Assembly: GCA_900543695.1 (NCBI GenBank)
Contig: UQSG01000001.1
Coordinates: 10,136 to 74,135, forward strand
DNA from: an uncultured Clostridium sp.
GTDB taxonomy: Bacteria; Bacillota; Clostridia; UBA1212; UBA1255
Reading direction: 5' to 3'
DNA length: 64,000 bases
Shown here: in pieces, positions 36,061 to 45,593 of the stretch
Numbering within the stretch: the stretch's first letter is position 1
Layout of the letters: each line of letters starts with the position of its first letter
Position numbers and translations under genes: made by a program
Notes under the pieces: model-generated
Databases searched by the model: none
Told to the model about the DNA's origin: nothing
What the model saw: the letters and a program-made list of their open reading frames with translations, nothing else

Positions 36061-36783
36061 TTATTTTTCCGTTTCCCAGCCAAGCATCCGGAAGTCGTTC
36101 AGCATGCTTTCCATGGTAGAATAATAAGTATCCCAGGAACCGCTTTCCGCCTCCAGCGTGATGACGTAGAAGCCCTCTTTGCCGATTGTTACAAGCAGCA
36201 TTCCCTTCCAGTCAACGCCGTCGACCGTAAAGGTATAGCCAAGCTTCTGGAACACGATTTTGTTATAAGAAGCATTCGTCGATTCAATACTTTCCTGCGT
36301 ATCCTCTATATCCTCTTCCCAGACAAACGCGTCTCTCGGAGTATGCTCTTCGCTGTCCAAAAACAAATTATTAAAGGAGAAGTTATATTCGTTCTTTCCC
36401 AAAAGACCGATCAAAATATCGCCCTGCGTAGCGCGCATGAACGTACCCTTCAGACTGTAAACGCTGTATTTCACTTTATCCGCATCACTCGAGGGCGAAA
36501 ACTGCGCAACAAGGCCGCAGTCGTTGAACTGCGTAATGGGCGTCCCATCGGCATACTCCTCAATCGTTTTTAAATAATAGCTCTGCTCCAGATCTGCAGA
36601 CACCGTCCAATCGTCAGGATAGCCCTGCTGGCAATAATAGCGCCCGTTCACATATTGATTGGTATAATAAGGTTCCTCCCCATAGATGACCGTTTCCTCT
36701 TCCTTACATCCGGTAAAAGACAAAACCGAGAGAACCGCCAGACCGCCCAGCAAGCATCTTGTCATAAAATTTTTAGAACGCAT
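36061..36783 (-). CDS. Lipoprotein of unknown function
   Basis: Signal peptide plus lipobox LSFTGC, followed by a Tyr/Trp-rich soluble domain. RBS ACGGAGGG-N4-ATG. Confidence 0.5.
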   Translation of the reverse strand: MRSKNFMTRCLLGGLAVLSVLSFTGCKEEETVIYGEEPYYTNQYVNGRYYCQQGYPDDWTVSADLEQSYYLKTIEEYADGTPITQFNDCGLVAQFSPSSDADKVKYSVYSLKGTFMRATQGDILIGLLGKNEYNFSFNNLFLDSEEHTPRDAFVWEEDIEDTQESIESTNASYNKIVFQKLGYTFTVDGVDWKGMLLVTIGKEGFYVITLEAESGSWDTYYSTMESMLNDFRMLGWETEK

Positions 36784-36907
36784 AAAACCCCTCCGTTAAT
36801 AGAATAATTATATATGTAGCTTTACAAGCAGTATAACAGAACGTGTTCATAAATACAACGAATCCTTCAGTAAAATAATTATGAAAGAATTGTAAATACT
36901 GGATTTT

Positions 36908-38563
36908 CTATGTTTTTTTCTTTTCAATAATATTGGTTATTAGCGGAATCACGTCTTTTTTCCGCGACATGATGCTGCCGTATGTGAAATCCCTGTTTTG
37001 CCCTGTTCCGTCAAGCTCTGCGCCGGCCTCCTCCGCAAGACCGCCGGAAAAATGCAGCGTTGTGCTTCCCGCGAGAAGATCAATAAACATGACCGCCAGC
37101 AGGTCATAGCCCTCCGTGTCCGCCAGCCGCTCCATATAGGCATATATGCTTTCTTTCAGGCAGGATATGCCGGCCATTCCCATTACCGTGATCTGGCTGA
37201 TTCCGATTGTATATCCCTGAACGGAAATCATTTTAAAATCCTGTAGAAACGCCTCCTCTGCCGATTTGCCGAGAAGCGACGTGCCGGCTTTAAACATCAT
37301 TTCCGAAAATTCATCGATATCGATCCCCGCTATATCTGCAAGACGCTCCGCCGTGCTTCGGTCATAATCGGTTGCCGTTGGCGACTGAAACTTAAGCGTA
37401 TCCGAAAGAATTGCCGCACACAGAATACCTGCCACAGCAGGCGTAGGCCGTCTGCCCTTCTCGGTATACAGATTTGCTATAATCGTCGCCGTGCTGCCGA
37501 CCGGTTCATTTTTAAACAGAATCGGACTTGCCGTCGTCAAATCTCCGACCTTATGATGGTCAATTATTTCAAGGATCTCGGCCTCTTCAATTCCTTTTAC
37601 TGTCTGCCCCTTTTCATTGTGGTCCAGCAGGATGACCTTTTTTTTCCTGTGTGAAATTAAATGGTAACGGGAAATAAATCCCAAAACCACGCCCGTCTTG
37701 TCAAGGACCGGGTAGCTCCGGTACCGGTTTTTCGTCATACTGTCGCGGATATCCTCAATGTAGTCGTCAATGCGGAATTTTACGATATTATTGTTTTTAT
37801 CCGCCGTCATGATGGAACTGACCGGAATGCTTTGATTGATCAGCCTCACTGTAGTATATGTATCATACGGCGTGCTTATGATCAGCGCGCCTAAATTTTC
37901 CGCTTTCTCTCGAATTTCCGCCTGCGGCTTAAAGCCGCAGGTGATAATGATTACGTTTGCTCCGAGCTCCAGCGCTTTTTCCTGCGAATCATCGCGGTTT
38001 CCGACGATCACGATGTCGCCGGGCTCAATATAATCGCCGTAGCCGTCAGGCATGCATGCGGCAACAACGATTTTTCCCACGGAATTGTAATGATGCCGGC
38101 TTCCTGCCGTAAGCTCTCCATTGATTGTTTCCAGGATATTATCGAGCTTCGTTCCGCATGCAGAAATGCTGGCGTAATCAAACGCATCCATATATTTATC
38201 CGTAATATTCGTAAGCGATACGAGCCCGAGAAGCTTCTGCGCGTCGTCTACGATCGGTAGCGTGCGGATATTGGACTTTTCCATAATATGCCAGGCAATC
38301 TTAATCGAAACATCCGGTGAAAGCTTATCCACGATATCCAGATCGAGGTCGCTGACCTGTCTGCGAACATTTGAAATCTTCTGCGGCACAGGAACCTTGA
38401 AGTAGTCCAGTACAAACCGCGTTTCATCATTAAGCTCCCCCAGACGGCAGGCCTCTGCCTGATATCCGAGTTTTTTCTTCAGCTCCGCATATCCGATCGC
38501 AGAACAGATGGAATCCGTATCCGGATTTTTATGACCAAAAATATAAATCGTATCGCGGTCCAT
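36908..38563 (-). CDS. ppaC: CBS-domain-containing family II (DHH/DHHA2) manganese-dependent inorganic pyrophosphatase
   Basis: N-terminal IYIFGHKNPDTDSICSAIGYAELKKKLG is the family II PPase DHH motif. CBS pair plus DRTGG-like insert. C-terminal DHHA2 (..GGGH.. region). RBS GGGGAGGAAA. Confidence 0.75.
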   Translation of the reverse strand: MDRDTIYIFGHKNPDTDSICSAIGYAELKKKLGYQAEACRLGELNDETRFVLDYFKVPVPQKISNVRRQVSDLDLDIVDKLSPDVSIKIAWHIMEKSNIRTLPIVDDAQKLLGLVSLTNITDKYMDAFDYASISACGTKLDNILETINGELTAGSRHHYNSVGKIVVAACMPDGYGDYIEPGDIVIVGNRDDSQEKALELGANVIIITCGFKPQAEIREKAENLGALIISTPYDTYTTVRLINQSIPVSSIMTADKNNNIVKFRIDDYIEDIRDSMTKNRYRSYPVLDKTGVVLGFISRYHLISHRKKKVILLDHNEKGQTVKGIEEAEILEIIDHHKVGDLTTASPILFKNEPVGSTATIIANLYTEKGRRPTPAVAGILCAAILSDTLKFQSPTATDYDRSTAERLADIAGIDIDEFSEMMFKAGTSLLGKSAEEAFLQDFKMISVQGYTIGISQITVMGMAGISCLKESIYAYMERLADTEGYDLLAVMFIDLLAGSTTLHFSGGLAEEAGAELDGTGQNRDFTYGSIMSRKKDVIPLITNIIEKKKT

Positions 38564-38581
38564 CGGTATTTCCTCCCCTGC

Positions 38582-39436
38582 TTATTTTAGAATATCCCGG
38601 TGTTCTGTAAATACGGAATACCCCAGCGTCTGAACAGCCGACGCAAGCGCATTTGTAATCGCGACGCTTCTGTGCTTTCCCCCTGTGCAGCCGATTCCAA
38701 TTTCTAAAATTTCTTTTCCCTCCGAACGGTAAAGAGGAAGCAAAAAGGCGAGCAAATCTTCCAGCTTCTGCAAAAACTCCGGGCAGTTTTCTGAATGAAG
38801 CACATAGCTTCGGACAGCTTCGTCGTTACCGGTCAAATTTTTCAGTTCCGCTACATAATACGGGTTGTCCAGGAAACGCACGTCGAAAATCAGATCGCAC
38901 GTTTGCGGCAGACCGTGCTTGTAGCCGAAGGAAAGAATGTTGACTTTGATTGCGTGTTCGGCCTCCGCTGTACCGAATAACTTAACAATATTCTTTTTGA
39001 GTTCCCACACGGAATATGCGCTCGTATCGATAATGACGTCAGAGAGCTCCTTCAAATGCGCAAGCTTTCTCCGTTCCTCTTCGATCGCATTCAAATTATT
39101 CCCGTCCTCCGCAAGCGGATGAAGGCGCTTGTTTTCTTTATAACGGTTCAGAATTACGGAATCGCTGCAGTCTATAAAAACGATCCGGATCTGCTCTCCG
39201 ATCGCTTTCATATCGTCGATAAAATTATAAAGATCGGAAAAATCGTTTCCGCTCCGCACATCTGTAACAAGCGCCGTCTTTTTGCTTGTAAATTCGCTGC
39301 GCCGGTACATTTCTCCGAATTTCGGGAAAAGCTTCAGAGGCATGTTATCAATGCAGAAATAACCGATATCCTCCAAAAATTTCGTCGCCTGTGTTTTTCC
39401 GGCTCCCGACATCCCGGTCAGTATCAAAAAACCCAT
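38582..39436 (-). CDS. rapZ: RNase adapter / nucleotide-binding protein RapZ (YvcJ)
   Basis: 284 aa. Start MGFLILTGMSGAGKTQATKFLEDIGYFCIDNMP is the RapZ Walker A N-terminus. C-terminal GCTGGKHRSV motif. Confidence 0.85.
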   Translation of the reverse strand: MGFLILTGMSGAGKTQATKFLEDIGYFCIDNMPLKLFPKFGEMYRRSEFTSKKTALVTDVRSGNDFSDLYNFIDDMKAIGEQIRIVFIDCSDSVILNRYKENKRLHPLAEDGNNLNAIEEERRKLAHLKELSDVIIDTSAYSVWELKKNIVKLFGTAEAEHAIKVNILSFGYKHGLPQTCDLIFDVRFLDNPYYVAELKNLTGNDEAVRSYVLHSENCPEFLQKLEDLLAFLLPLYRSEGKEILEIGIGCTGGKHRSVAITNALASAVQTLGYSVFTEHRDILK

Positions 39437-39441
39437 GCAGT

Positions 39442-40383
39442 TTATCCCTCGATAATTTTGATCTCCGGCTCCAGCATTACTCCCTTTTGCTCAAAAACCG
39501 TTTTCCGAATATATTCTATCACATGAAGCACATCCTCACAAGTCGCGCCGCCGGTATTGACAATAAAGCCGCAGTGCTTTTCAGAGACGCGGGCGCCGCC
39601 GCAGGCGTATCCTCTAAGGCCGCATTCTTCGATCAGCTTTCCCGCATAAAACCCCTGCGGTCTCTTGAAGACGCTGCCGGCGCTTGGATATTCGAGCGGC
39701 TGCTTTGCCAGTCGCCGTGCGTTTAATTCTTTCATTTTCATTAAAATTTCCGCTTTGTCGCGCCGCCGGAGACGGAAATCGGCGCTCAGTATTACGCCGT
39801 GATCCTCCTGATAAGAAGAGCTTCGGTAAGCAAATGCATGAGCCGCTCCGGTTTTCACTGCGACAGAAAGACGCTGCGCATCGATATAGGTGCTTTTAAA
39901 AACAAGCTGCGATATTTCACCGTCATATGCGCCCGCATTCATCAAAACTGCGCCGCCGACGCTTCCGGGGATTCCTGCGGCGAATTCCAGTCCGCCGAGG
40001 CCAGCCTCGCAAGCCGTATTGGCCAAACGACGCAGCAGCGTTCCGGCTCTTGCGTGTAATGTCACGGTTTCGTCCGCTTCCTCATGAAGCGTGATGCCGG
40101 AAAATTCAGCGCCGAGCTTGATGACAATCCCCCGGAAGCCTCGGTCCGGAAACAAAATGTTGCTTCCATTTCCGATGATAACCGATCGCAATCCGGCGCT
40201 TCGGATATAAGCCAGGAGCGCCAGGAGCTGCGTATCCTCGCGGGGAGCAGCCAGAACGTCCGCAGGTCCGCCGATGCGAAAGGTGGTATGCTTCTGCAAA
40301 GGCTCATCAAAGGAAAACGAATCCCGAGGGAGGATTTTTTCAAGCTCCGCATACATAAGACCGAACCGTCCTTCCGCTGTCAA
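39442..40383 (-). CDS. murB: UDP-N-acetylenolpyruvoylglucosamine reductase MurB
   Basis: FAD-binding FRIGGPADVLAAP..VIIGNGSNILF. C-terminal MurB domain (..GSVFKRP..GGARVSEKHCGFIVN). Confidence 0.85.
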   Translation of the reverse strand: MTAEGRFGLMYAELEKILPRDSFSFDEPLQKHTTFRIGGPADVLAAPREDTQLLALLAYIRSAGLRSVIIGNGSNILFPDRGFRGIVIKLGAEFSGITLHEEADETVTLHARAGTLLRRLANTACEAGLGGLEFAAGIPGSVGGAVLMNAGAYDGEISQLVFKSTYIDAQRLSVAVKTGAAHAFAYRSSSYQEDHGVILSADFRLRRRDKAEILMKMKELNARRLAKQPLEYPSAGSVFKRPQGFYAGKLIEECGLRGYACGGARVSEKHCGFIVNTGGATCEDVLHVIEYIRKTVFEQKGVMLEPEIKIIEG

Positions 40384-41345
40384 TAAAACAGATCGCCATT
40401 AAAGCTCCCGCCCCGCGGGACGCCCTTATTTTCAAAAACGCGCCTGTTTAATTCTTTTGCCGCGTTGTATCCCATCATTTTCTGACGATTGTTCATCGCA
40501 GCTACTTCAATGATAATCGCCAGATTTCGTCCCGGCATTACCGGAATCTTGACGGAGGGAATTCGGATTCCGAGAATTTCGGTATAATGATCCTCGATCC
40601 CCACCCGATCATACTCTTTTCCGTCTACCCAGCGCTCGAGATCTACCACCAGCTGAATATTTTCTGTCATTTTCACGGCGCCTACACCGTAAAGCCGCTT
40701 CACGTCCAGGAACCCGATTCCCCGAATTTCCAGCATGTGACGAATAATCTCCGGCGCCGAGCCAACCAGCGTTTTATTGGAAACGCGGCGAATTTCAACA
40801 ATATCGTCCGCTACAAGACGGTGTCCCCGTTTGACAAGCTCCAGAGCAGTCTCGCTTTTTCCGACGCCGCTGTTGCCCGTGATCAAAACACCTTCGCCGT
40901 AAACCTCAATAAAGCAGGCGTGTTTTGTTGTCCGCGGCGCCAGCTGTACGCAAAGATAGCGGTTCAGCTCGCTGTGAAAGGCTGTCGTCGTTTCCTCCGT
41001 ACGCAGGATGGGGATGTTATATTTAACGGCAAGCTCCAGCATGTTTTCGCAGGGAGCAAGCTTTCTGGCTATAATCATGCAGGGAAACCCAATCTGAAAC
41101 AGAAGCTCCATCCTGCGAATCCGTTCTTCTGCGGAAAGCGCATACAGGTACTGCATCTCGACGTTTCCGAGAAGCTGGATGCGGTCGTTTGCAAAATTAT
41201 CGGCATAACCGGCCAGCTCCAGGCCGGGCCGGTTGATATCCGGACCGTCCAGAAAAATATGATCGATCTGATCCTCGCAGCAAAGGACTTCAAGCCCCTC
41301 ATCCTTTACGATTTTTGAAAGACAAACATTGTATTTTTCCTCCAT
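40380..41345 (-). CDS. hprK: HPr kinase/phosphorylase
   Basis: Walker A GNSGVGKSETALELVKRGHRLVADD. HprK capping motif IRGIG. Stop overlaps the murB start. Confidence 0.9.
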   Translation of the reverse strand: MEEKYNVCLSKIVKDEGLEVLCCEDQIDHIFLDGPDINRPGLELAGYADNFANDRIQLLGNVEMQYLYALSAEERIRRMELLFQIGFPCMIIARKLAPCENMLELAVKYNIPILRTEETTTAFHSELNRYLCVQLAPRTTKHACFIEVYGEGVLITGNSGVGKSETALELVKRGHRLVADDIVEIRRVSNKTLVGSAPEIIRHMLEIRGIGFLDVKRLYGVGAVKMTENIQLVVDLERWVDGKEYDRVGIEDHYTEILGIRIPSVKIPVMPGRNLAIIIEVAAMNNRQKMMGYNAAKELNRRVFENKGVPRGGSFNGDLFY

Positions 41346-41368
41346 ACGGATCGCCTCCGGTTTAAAAT

Positions 41369-42097
41369 TTATAATTGCTTAAAGCGGTAGCCCGCGCCCC
41401 ACACCGTCTCAATATACTGCGGTTTCGACATGTCTTTTTCGATTTTTTCCCGCAGTTTATTAATATGTACCGTTACCGTAGAAGTTTCGCCGAACGAATC
41501 TACGCCCCAGATCCGGTCGAACAGCTGGTCTCTGCTGAAAACCACATTCGGATTGGAGGCCAGGAACACCAGAAGATCAAACTCTTTATTCGAAAGCATA
41601 ATCTCCTTCCCATCCACATATACGCGCCGGGCCGGTTTTTCGATTCTGAGACCGCCCGTTTCTATAATATCGTTTTTGTCTGCCGTTCCCTCGCCGCTCT
41701 TCGAAACAAGCCGTTCATAGCGGTTAATATGCGCCGTTACCCGGGCCACCAGCTCGCTCGGGCTGAACGGTTTCACGATATAGTCGTCCGCTCCCAGACC
41801 AAGACCGCGTATTTTGTCGATTTCCTCTTTCTTGGCTGTAGCGATGATCAGCGGCACGTCCTTTTCCTTCCGGATCCTTCTGCAGATTTCAAAGCCGTCC
41901 ATGCCGGGCAGCATGATATCCACGATAACGCAGGCAAAGTTTTCTTCCAGCGCAGACTTCAGCCCGTCAGGCCCGTTCAGCTCCGTCCTTGTCTCATAGC
42001 CGTTTGCCTCTAAGTAATCGCGTTCCAGGGCTGAAATATTTTCATCATCCTCTATGATCAGAATCTTCTTTTTCTCCATTTTCGTCTTTCCTTTCAT
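41369..42097 (-). CDS. OmpR-family response regulator
   Basis: Receiver domain (ILIIEDDENI..VIVDIMLPGMDG). Winged-helix (..VHINKLREK..GAGYRF). True start may be the MEKKKILII Met at 42079. Confidence 0.85.
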   Translation of the reverse strand: MKGKTKMEKKKILIIEDDENISALERDYLEANGYETRTELNGPDGLKSALEENFACVIVDIMLPGMDGFEICRRIRKEKDVPLIIATAKKEEIDKIRGLGLGADDYIVKPFSPSELVARVTAHINRYERLVSKSGEGTADKNDIIETGGLRIEKPARRVYVDGKEIMLSNKEFDLLVFLASNPNVVFSRDQLFDRIWGVDSFGETSTVTVHINKLREKIEKDMSKPQYIETVWGAGYRFKQL

Positions 42098-43616
42098 CTA
42101 TGATTTGTTCCTCCACGGGAAGAGCGATGTATATTGTCAGTCCCTCTCCGATATTGCTCTCTGCCCAGATTCGCCCCCCATGGCTCGTCACAATCTGTTT
42201 TGCGATCGAAAGCCCCAGCCCGCTTCCTTTTACAGGGTTCGTGCGGGCGGGATCATTTCGATAGAAGGAATCGAATATTTTTCCCGTCAGGCTGGAATCG
42301 ATCCCCTCTCCGTCATCCTTCAGCGCGATCAGCACTTCCCCATTGTCTTCCGTAATGGCAACGTAAAAGCTGCCAATTTCGTTTTTCTTGTATTTTGCAC
42401 TGTTATCCGCAATATTGATCAATACACGCGCGAACTGCCCGCGATCCAGCATCACATACACAGGATTTGGGCAGAGATTTGCATAGGCAAGACACATTTT
42501 TTTCTTTTCCAAAGAAAATTTAAGCTCCTCACAACATTGCGAGATATAATTTCCAATTTCTACATGTTCGAAATTGAACGGAACTTTATCAAGGTCCAGC
42601 TTGGAAAACAGGAACAGATCGTCCACCAGACGGTCCATTTCTTCCGCCGTATTATAGATCGTCGTCAGATATTTCTGCCGTTTTTCCGGAGAATCTGCGA
42701 TTCCATCGATCAATCCTGAAACGTAGCCCTTAATGGAGGTCAGCGGCGTGCGCAGATCGTGTGAGATCCCCGCGATCATTTCCTTTCGGTCCTCCTCATA
42801 GGCTTTCTGTTTTTCATTCGATTCTACGAGCTTTTCCCGCATCTGCTCGAATTTCTGCAATACGTCCGTAATTTCGTCATCGCCCGTATAGCTGATTTCA
42901 AAATCAAGATTTCCTTCGCTGATTTTCTGAGCCGCTTCTTTTAATTTATTCAGGGGGCTCATAATGCTGTTCGAAAGCGCGACAATCAAAACAAAATTAA
43001 TAATAATAATGACAATAGAGCCCAGAATGGTAATTGAGCGGACCGCATCATTGATATTTTGCGCGGCATCGCGCCAGTAGCGGCTGTTCTCATTGCGGAA
43101 TTCCATCGTCCCCATATGATCGTTGTACAGAAGCACCTCCGCTTCCCCGTCCGTATCATTCAAATTCATGTTTGCGTAATACAGAAAGCTGTCGGAGTCT
43201 GAGTACAGAATTGTTTTTTTATTCTGAGCCAGCGTGTCGTTGAGTAAGATCGCACCTGCATAAATTTCATTTGCAGTCTCTCCGCCGTTCAGATAAACCG
43301 GCGCTCCGCTGACCAGAATATACGCTTTGGAAGCTGTTTTCGTAATATACTCGTCAATTCTGGCATAATCCTCATGCTCCTGGATCTGATACGGGGCCTC
43401 CGCCGCCATGTCAATCATCCCGTCAAATAAAATCTGCAGCTCATATACCGAAATCGAATCCTCATGATAATCGGGAATTTCCAGGCTGCTAACATCATTT
43501 CTGATATACGTCATCAGAAAAATCCGCATGATGTAAAAAGACAGCACCATAACAAGCGCAAGCAAAAAAAGCAGCATGATCACATTTGAGAATAGAATTC
43601 TTTTTTTTACGCTCAT
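42045..43616 (-). CDS. Sensor histidine kinase (two TM helices, extracytoplasmic sensor, HisKA plus HATPase_c)
   Basis: H-box ISHDLRTPLTSI. G-boxes DDGEGI and GSGLGLSIAK. Overlaps the RR gene by ~35-50 nt. Confidence 0.85.
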   Translation of the reverse strand: MSVKKRILFSNVIMLLFLLALVMVLSFYIMRIFLMTYIRNDVSSLEIPDYHEDSISVYELQILFDGMIDMAAEAPYQIQEHEDYARIDEYITKTASKAYILVSGAPVYLNGGETANEIYAGAILLNDTLAQNKKTILYSDSDSFLYYANMNLNDTDGEAEVLLYNDHMGTMEFRNENSRYWRDAAQNINDAVRSITILGSIVIIIINFVLIVALSNSIMSPLNKLKEAAQKISEGNLDFEISYTGDDEITDVLQKFEQMREKLVESNEKQKAYEEDRKEMIAGISHDLRTPLTSIKGYVSGLIDGIADSPEKRQKYLTTIYNTAEEMDRLVDDLFLFSKLDLDKVPFNFEHVEIGNYISQCCEELKFSLEKKKMCLAYANLCPNPVYVMLDRGQFARVLINIADNSAKYKKNEIGSFYVAITEDNGEVLIALKDDGEGIDSSLTGKIFDSFYRNDPARTNPVKGSGLGLSIAKQIVTSHGGRIWAESNIGEGLTIYIALPVEEQIIDERKDENGEKEDSDHRG

Positions 43617-43637
43617 ATCAGAATTTTCCTTTTCTGC

Positions 43638-44285
43638 TCACAGGAAGATAAATACGAGCAGGAGAACTCCATCAAAGATCAGAATTCCGATTCCCGTCCT
43701 TTTGATTCCGTTCATATCCTCCCAGACAGGATTCTCCTCCTCCGGCTTTTTATATAAGATATGCCAAAGCTCTTCCGCTTTTCCGATGATCACGCCGCCC
43801 GTCACGGCAATGATCGCCACCGCAATCGCCTGCCAGATCGTAATAATGGAATCCGTTCCGTAAATCATGGAAATAAAGACGCGCTCTGTAAATCGTTCGT
43901 ACGGCTCTCCCGTTTTCTGAGCTTCCTCTGCATCCTCTTCGTAATGCCATTCTACAGCGGCATTGCTTTTCTGCGATCCGCTGACTGTATAATAATATGC
44001 ATATGGCTGCGTCAAATAGTCCTGCAGCGTTTCATCGTACGCTTCTCTGACGTAAAGGTGCAGCGTATATGAGCCGTCCGCGTTTTCCAGCGTGCCGGTC
44101 ATTACCATGTCGTCCGTAAAATAAAACTCGTAATTTTTCACATTGTTTACGGAGCTTTTTAAAATATAGCGCACATTGTCCACCACGCCAGAGCGATTTT
44201 CCAGCTTGGTGCGAGTCAGGAAGGTGAGCAGACCTAAAAGAAGCAAACAGGACATCAGTATGAAAAAGTTCCGGCCTTTATTCAT
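43638..44285 (-). CDS. Membrane protein of unknown function (N-terminal TM, extracytoplasmic domain, two C-terminal TM helices)
   Basis: Start assigned to MNKGRNFFILMSCLLLLGLLTF, 8-nt overlap with the upstream stop. Immediately upstream of the histidine kinase. No recognisable motif. Confidence 0.45.
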   Translation of the reverse strand: MNKGRNFFILMSCLLLLGLLTFLTRTKLENRSGVVDNVRYILKSSVNNVKNYEFYFTDDMVMTGTLENADGSYTLHLYVREAYDETLQDYLTQPYAYYYTVSGSQKSNAAVEWHYEEDAEEAQKTGEPYERFTERVFISMIYGTDSIITIWQAIAVAIIAVTGGVIIGKAEELWHILYKKPEEENPVWEDMNGIKRTGIGILIFDGVLLLVFIFL

Positions 44286-45528
44286 AGCGCGCTCCGTTTC
44301 CCGCCGCCTCTGCATATAATTTCTGCGCGGTTTCCGGGCTGTCCTCGCCCGTTCTGTTTTTAATCGGCGCAAATTCGCGTTCCCGCTCTACGCGCAGAAT
44401 TCCCATTTTCTGATAAAAAGAGAAGGCATCGAAGAGAAAGGCTTCAAATTTATATGCGTTTGGCTGATCCGGCTCGATTCGGCGACCCTCAGCATCGATG
44501 AAGGAGGCTTTTTTGCAGGCGGCATGATACGGAAGGCCCTCCTCTCCCATTTTGTCGAAAACGTCAGTTCGAAACAAATTACACAAAATATGCGCATCTC
44601 CGTATACAAAAGCGCCGGCGTCGTCTCTCTGCTCTGCCAGCTCCGCAGGAATTTCCGTATATTCTATTACAAACGGACGTCCGTTTTTTCTGCAGAAAAC
44701 GCCGGCCTTTTCATAGGCGTCTCTTTTAATAATGGATTTTCCCCCCAGCTCATAATGATTCTCCGCAAGATAGCCGATCAGAAGGGGATCTGCCGGGCGC
44801 GCCAGCACGTTGTCGATGCCTCCGGTATAAACCCATTCGATTCCGCGCCGTTTCAGATCCTCCGTTATTCCGCGCTTCCGCATTGCGCGGAATATGCCTC
44901 CGTGTCCGTCCGCGCCTTCCCTGATTTTGTATTTCTCTTCCAGGAGGAGCTTCCCGTTCTGATCCAGCATCGGAAGCATGAATTGACGAAAAAACACGAT
45001 GTCCTCCTCGGGATATCCGAAGAAACCATTTTCCCGGAAAAAGCGCTTTGTTTCCGCATCATTCTCCTCGCTTGTCATAATATACCACGGAATGGTTTTC
45101 CCGCATTCCTCTGAGCGCACCTTCAATCGGCGGCATTGAATTTCAAACAGCGAAATTTCCTCCGGCACGTAAATTCGAAACGTTCCCTTGGGCCCGGGAT
45201 GACCGAGCCGCGTCCCTTGACCGCCTGCCATCGTGACCGCCGCATATTTGCCGTCCCTTAAGATGTCCATGCCGCGAAAATAGTATTTTTGCTTTTCCTG
45301 CGTCGTCCACGCCGCTTCCACAGCGCAGGGAATCGGCTCGATTCCGGCGGGCGGTTCCGCTTTTTGCTCCTGTATCTGACGAAAAAGCCGTTCCATAAGG
45401 GCAAAATCGATCGTTTCCAGCTGGCTTTCAAGCAGGCCTTTCTCTGCGGCACTCAATTCCCCGTAAAATCTGATCAGGTGTGCCTGTCCATAGCGATTCA
45501 GCTTTTCGCGCATTTCTTCCGATATCAT
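44278..45528 (-). CDS. UDPGP-family UDP-sugar / UDP-N-acetylhexosamine pyrophosphorylase (UAP/AGX-like)
   Basis: 416 aa. Nucleotide-binding loop MAGGQGTRLG..PKG and ..EGADGHGGIF..GIEWVYTGGIDN typical of eukaryote-like UDPGP family. RBS AAGGAG-N6-ATG. Confidence 0.7.
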   Translation of the reverse strand: MISEEMREKLNRYGQAHLIRFYGELSAAEKGLLESQLETIDFALMERLFRQIQEQKAEPPAGIEPIPCAVEAAWTTQEKQKYYFRGMDILRDGKYAAVTMAGGQGTRLGHPGPKGTFRIYVPEEISLFEIQCRRLKVRSEECGKTIPWYIMTSEENDAETKRFFRENGFFGYPEEDIVFFRQFMLPMLDQNGKLLLEEKYKIREGADGHGGIFRAMRKRGITEDLKRRGIEWVYTGGIDNVLARPADPLLIGYLAENHYELGGKSIIKRDAYEKAGVFCRKNGRPFVIEYTEIPAELAEQRDDAGAFVYGDAHILCNLFRTDVFDKMGEEGLPYHAACKKASFIDAEGRRIEPDQPNAYKFEAFLFDAFSFYQKMGILRVEREREFAPIKNRTGEDSPETAQKLYAEAAGNGARYE

Positions 45529-45593
45529 TGCGTGCTCCTTGCATAAAATAGGATGTCATTATTTTACTCTAAATTAAAAGCATTGGCAATATC

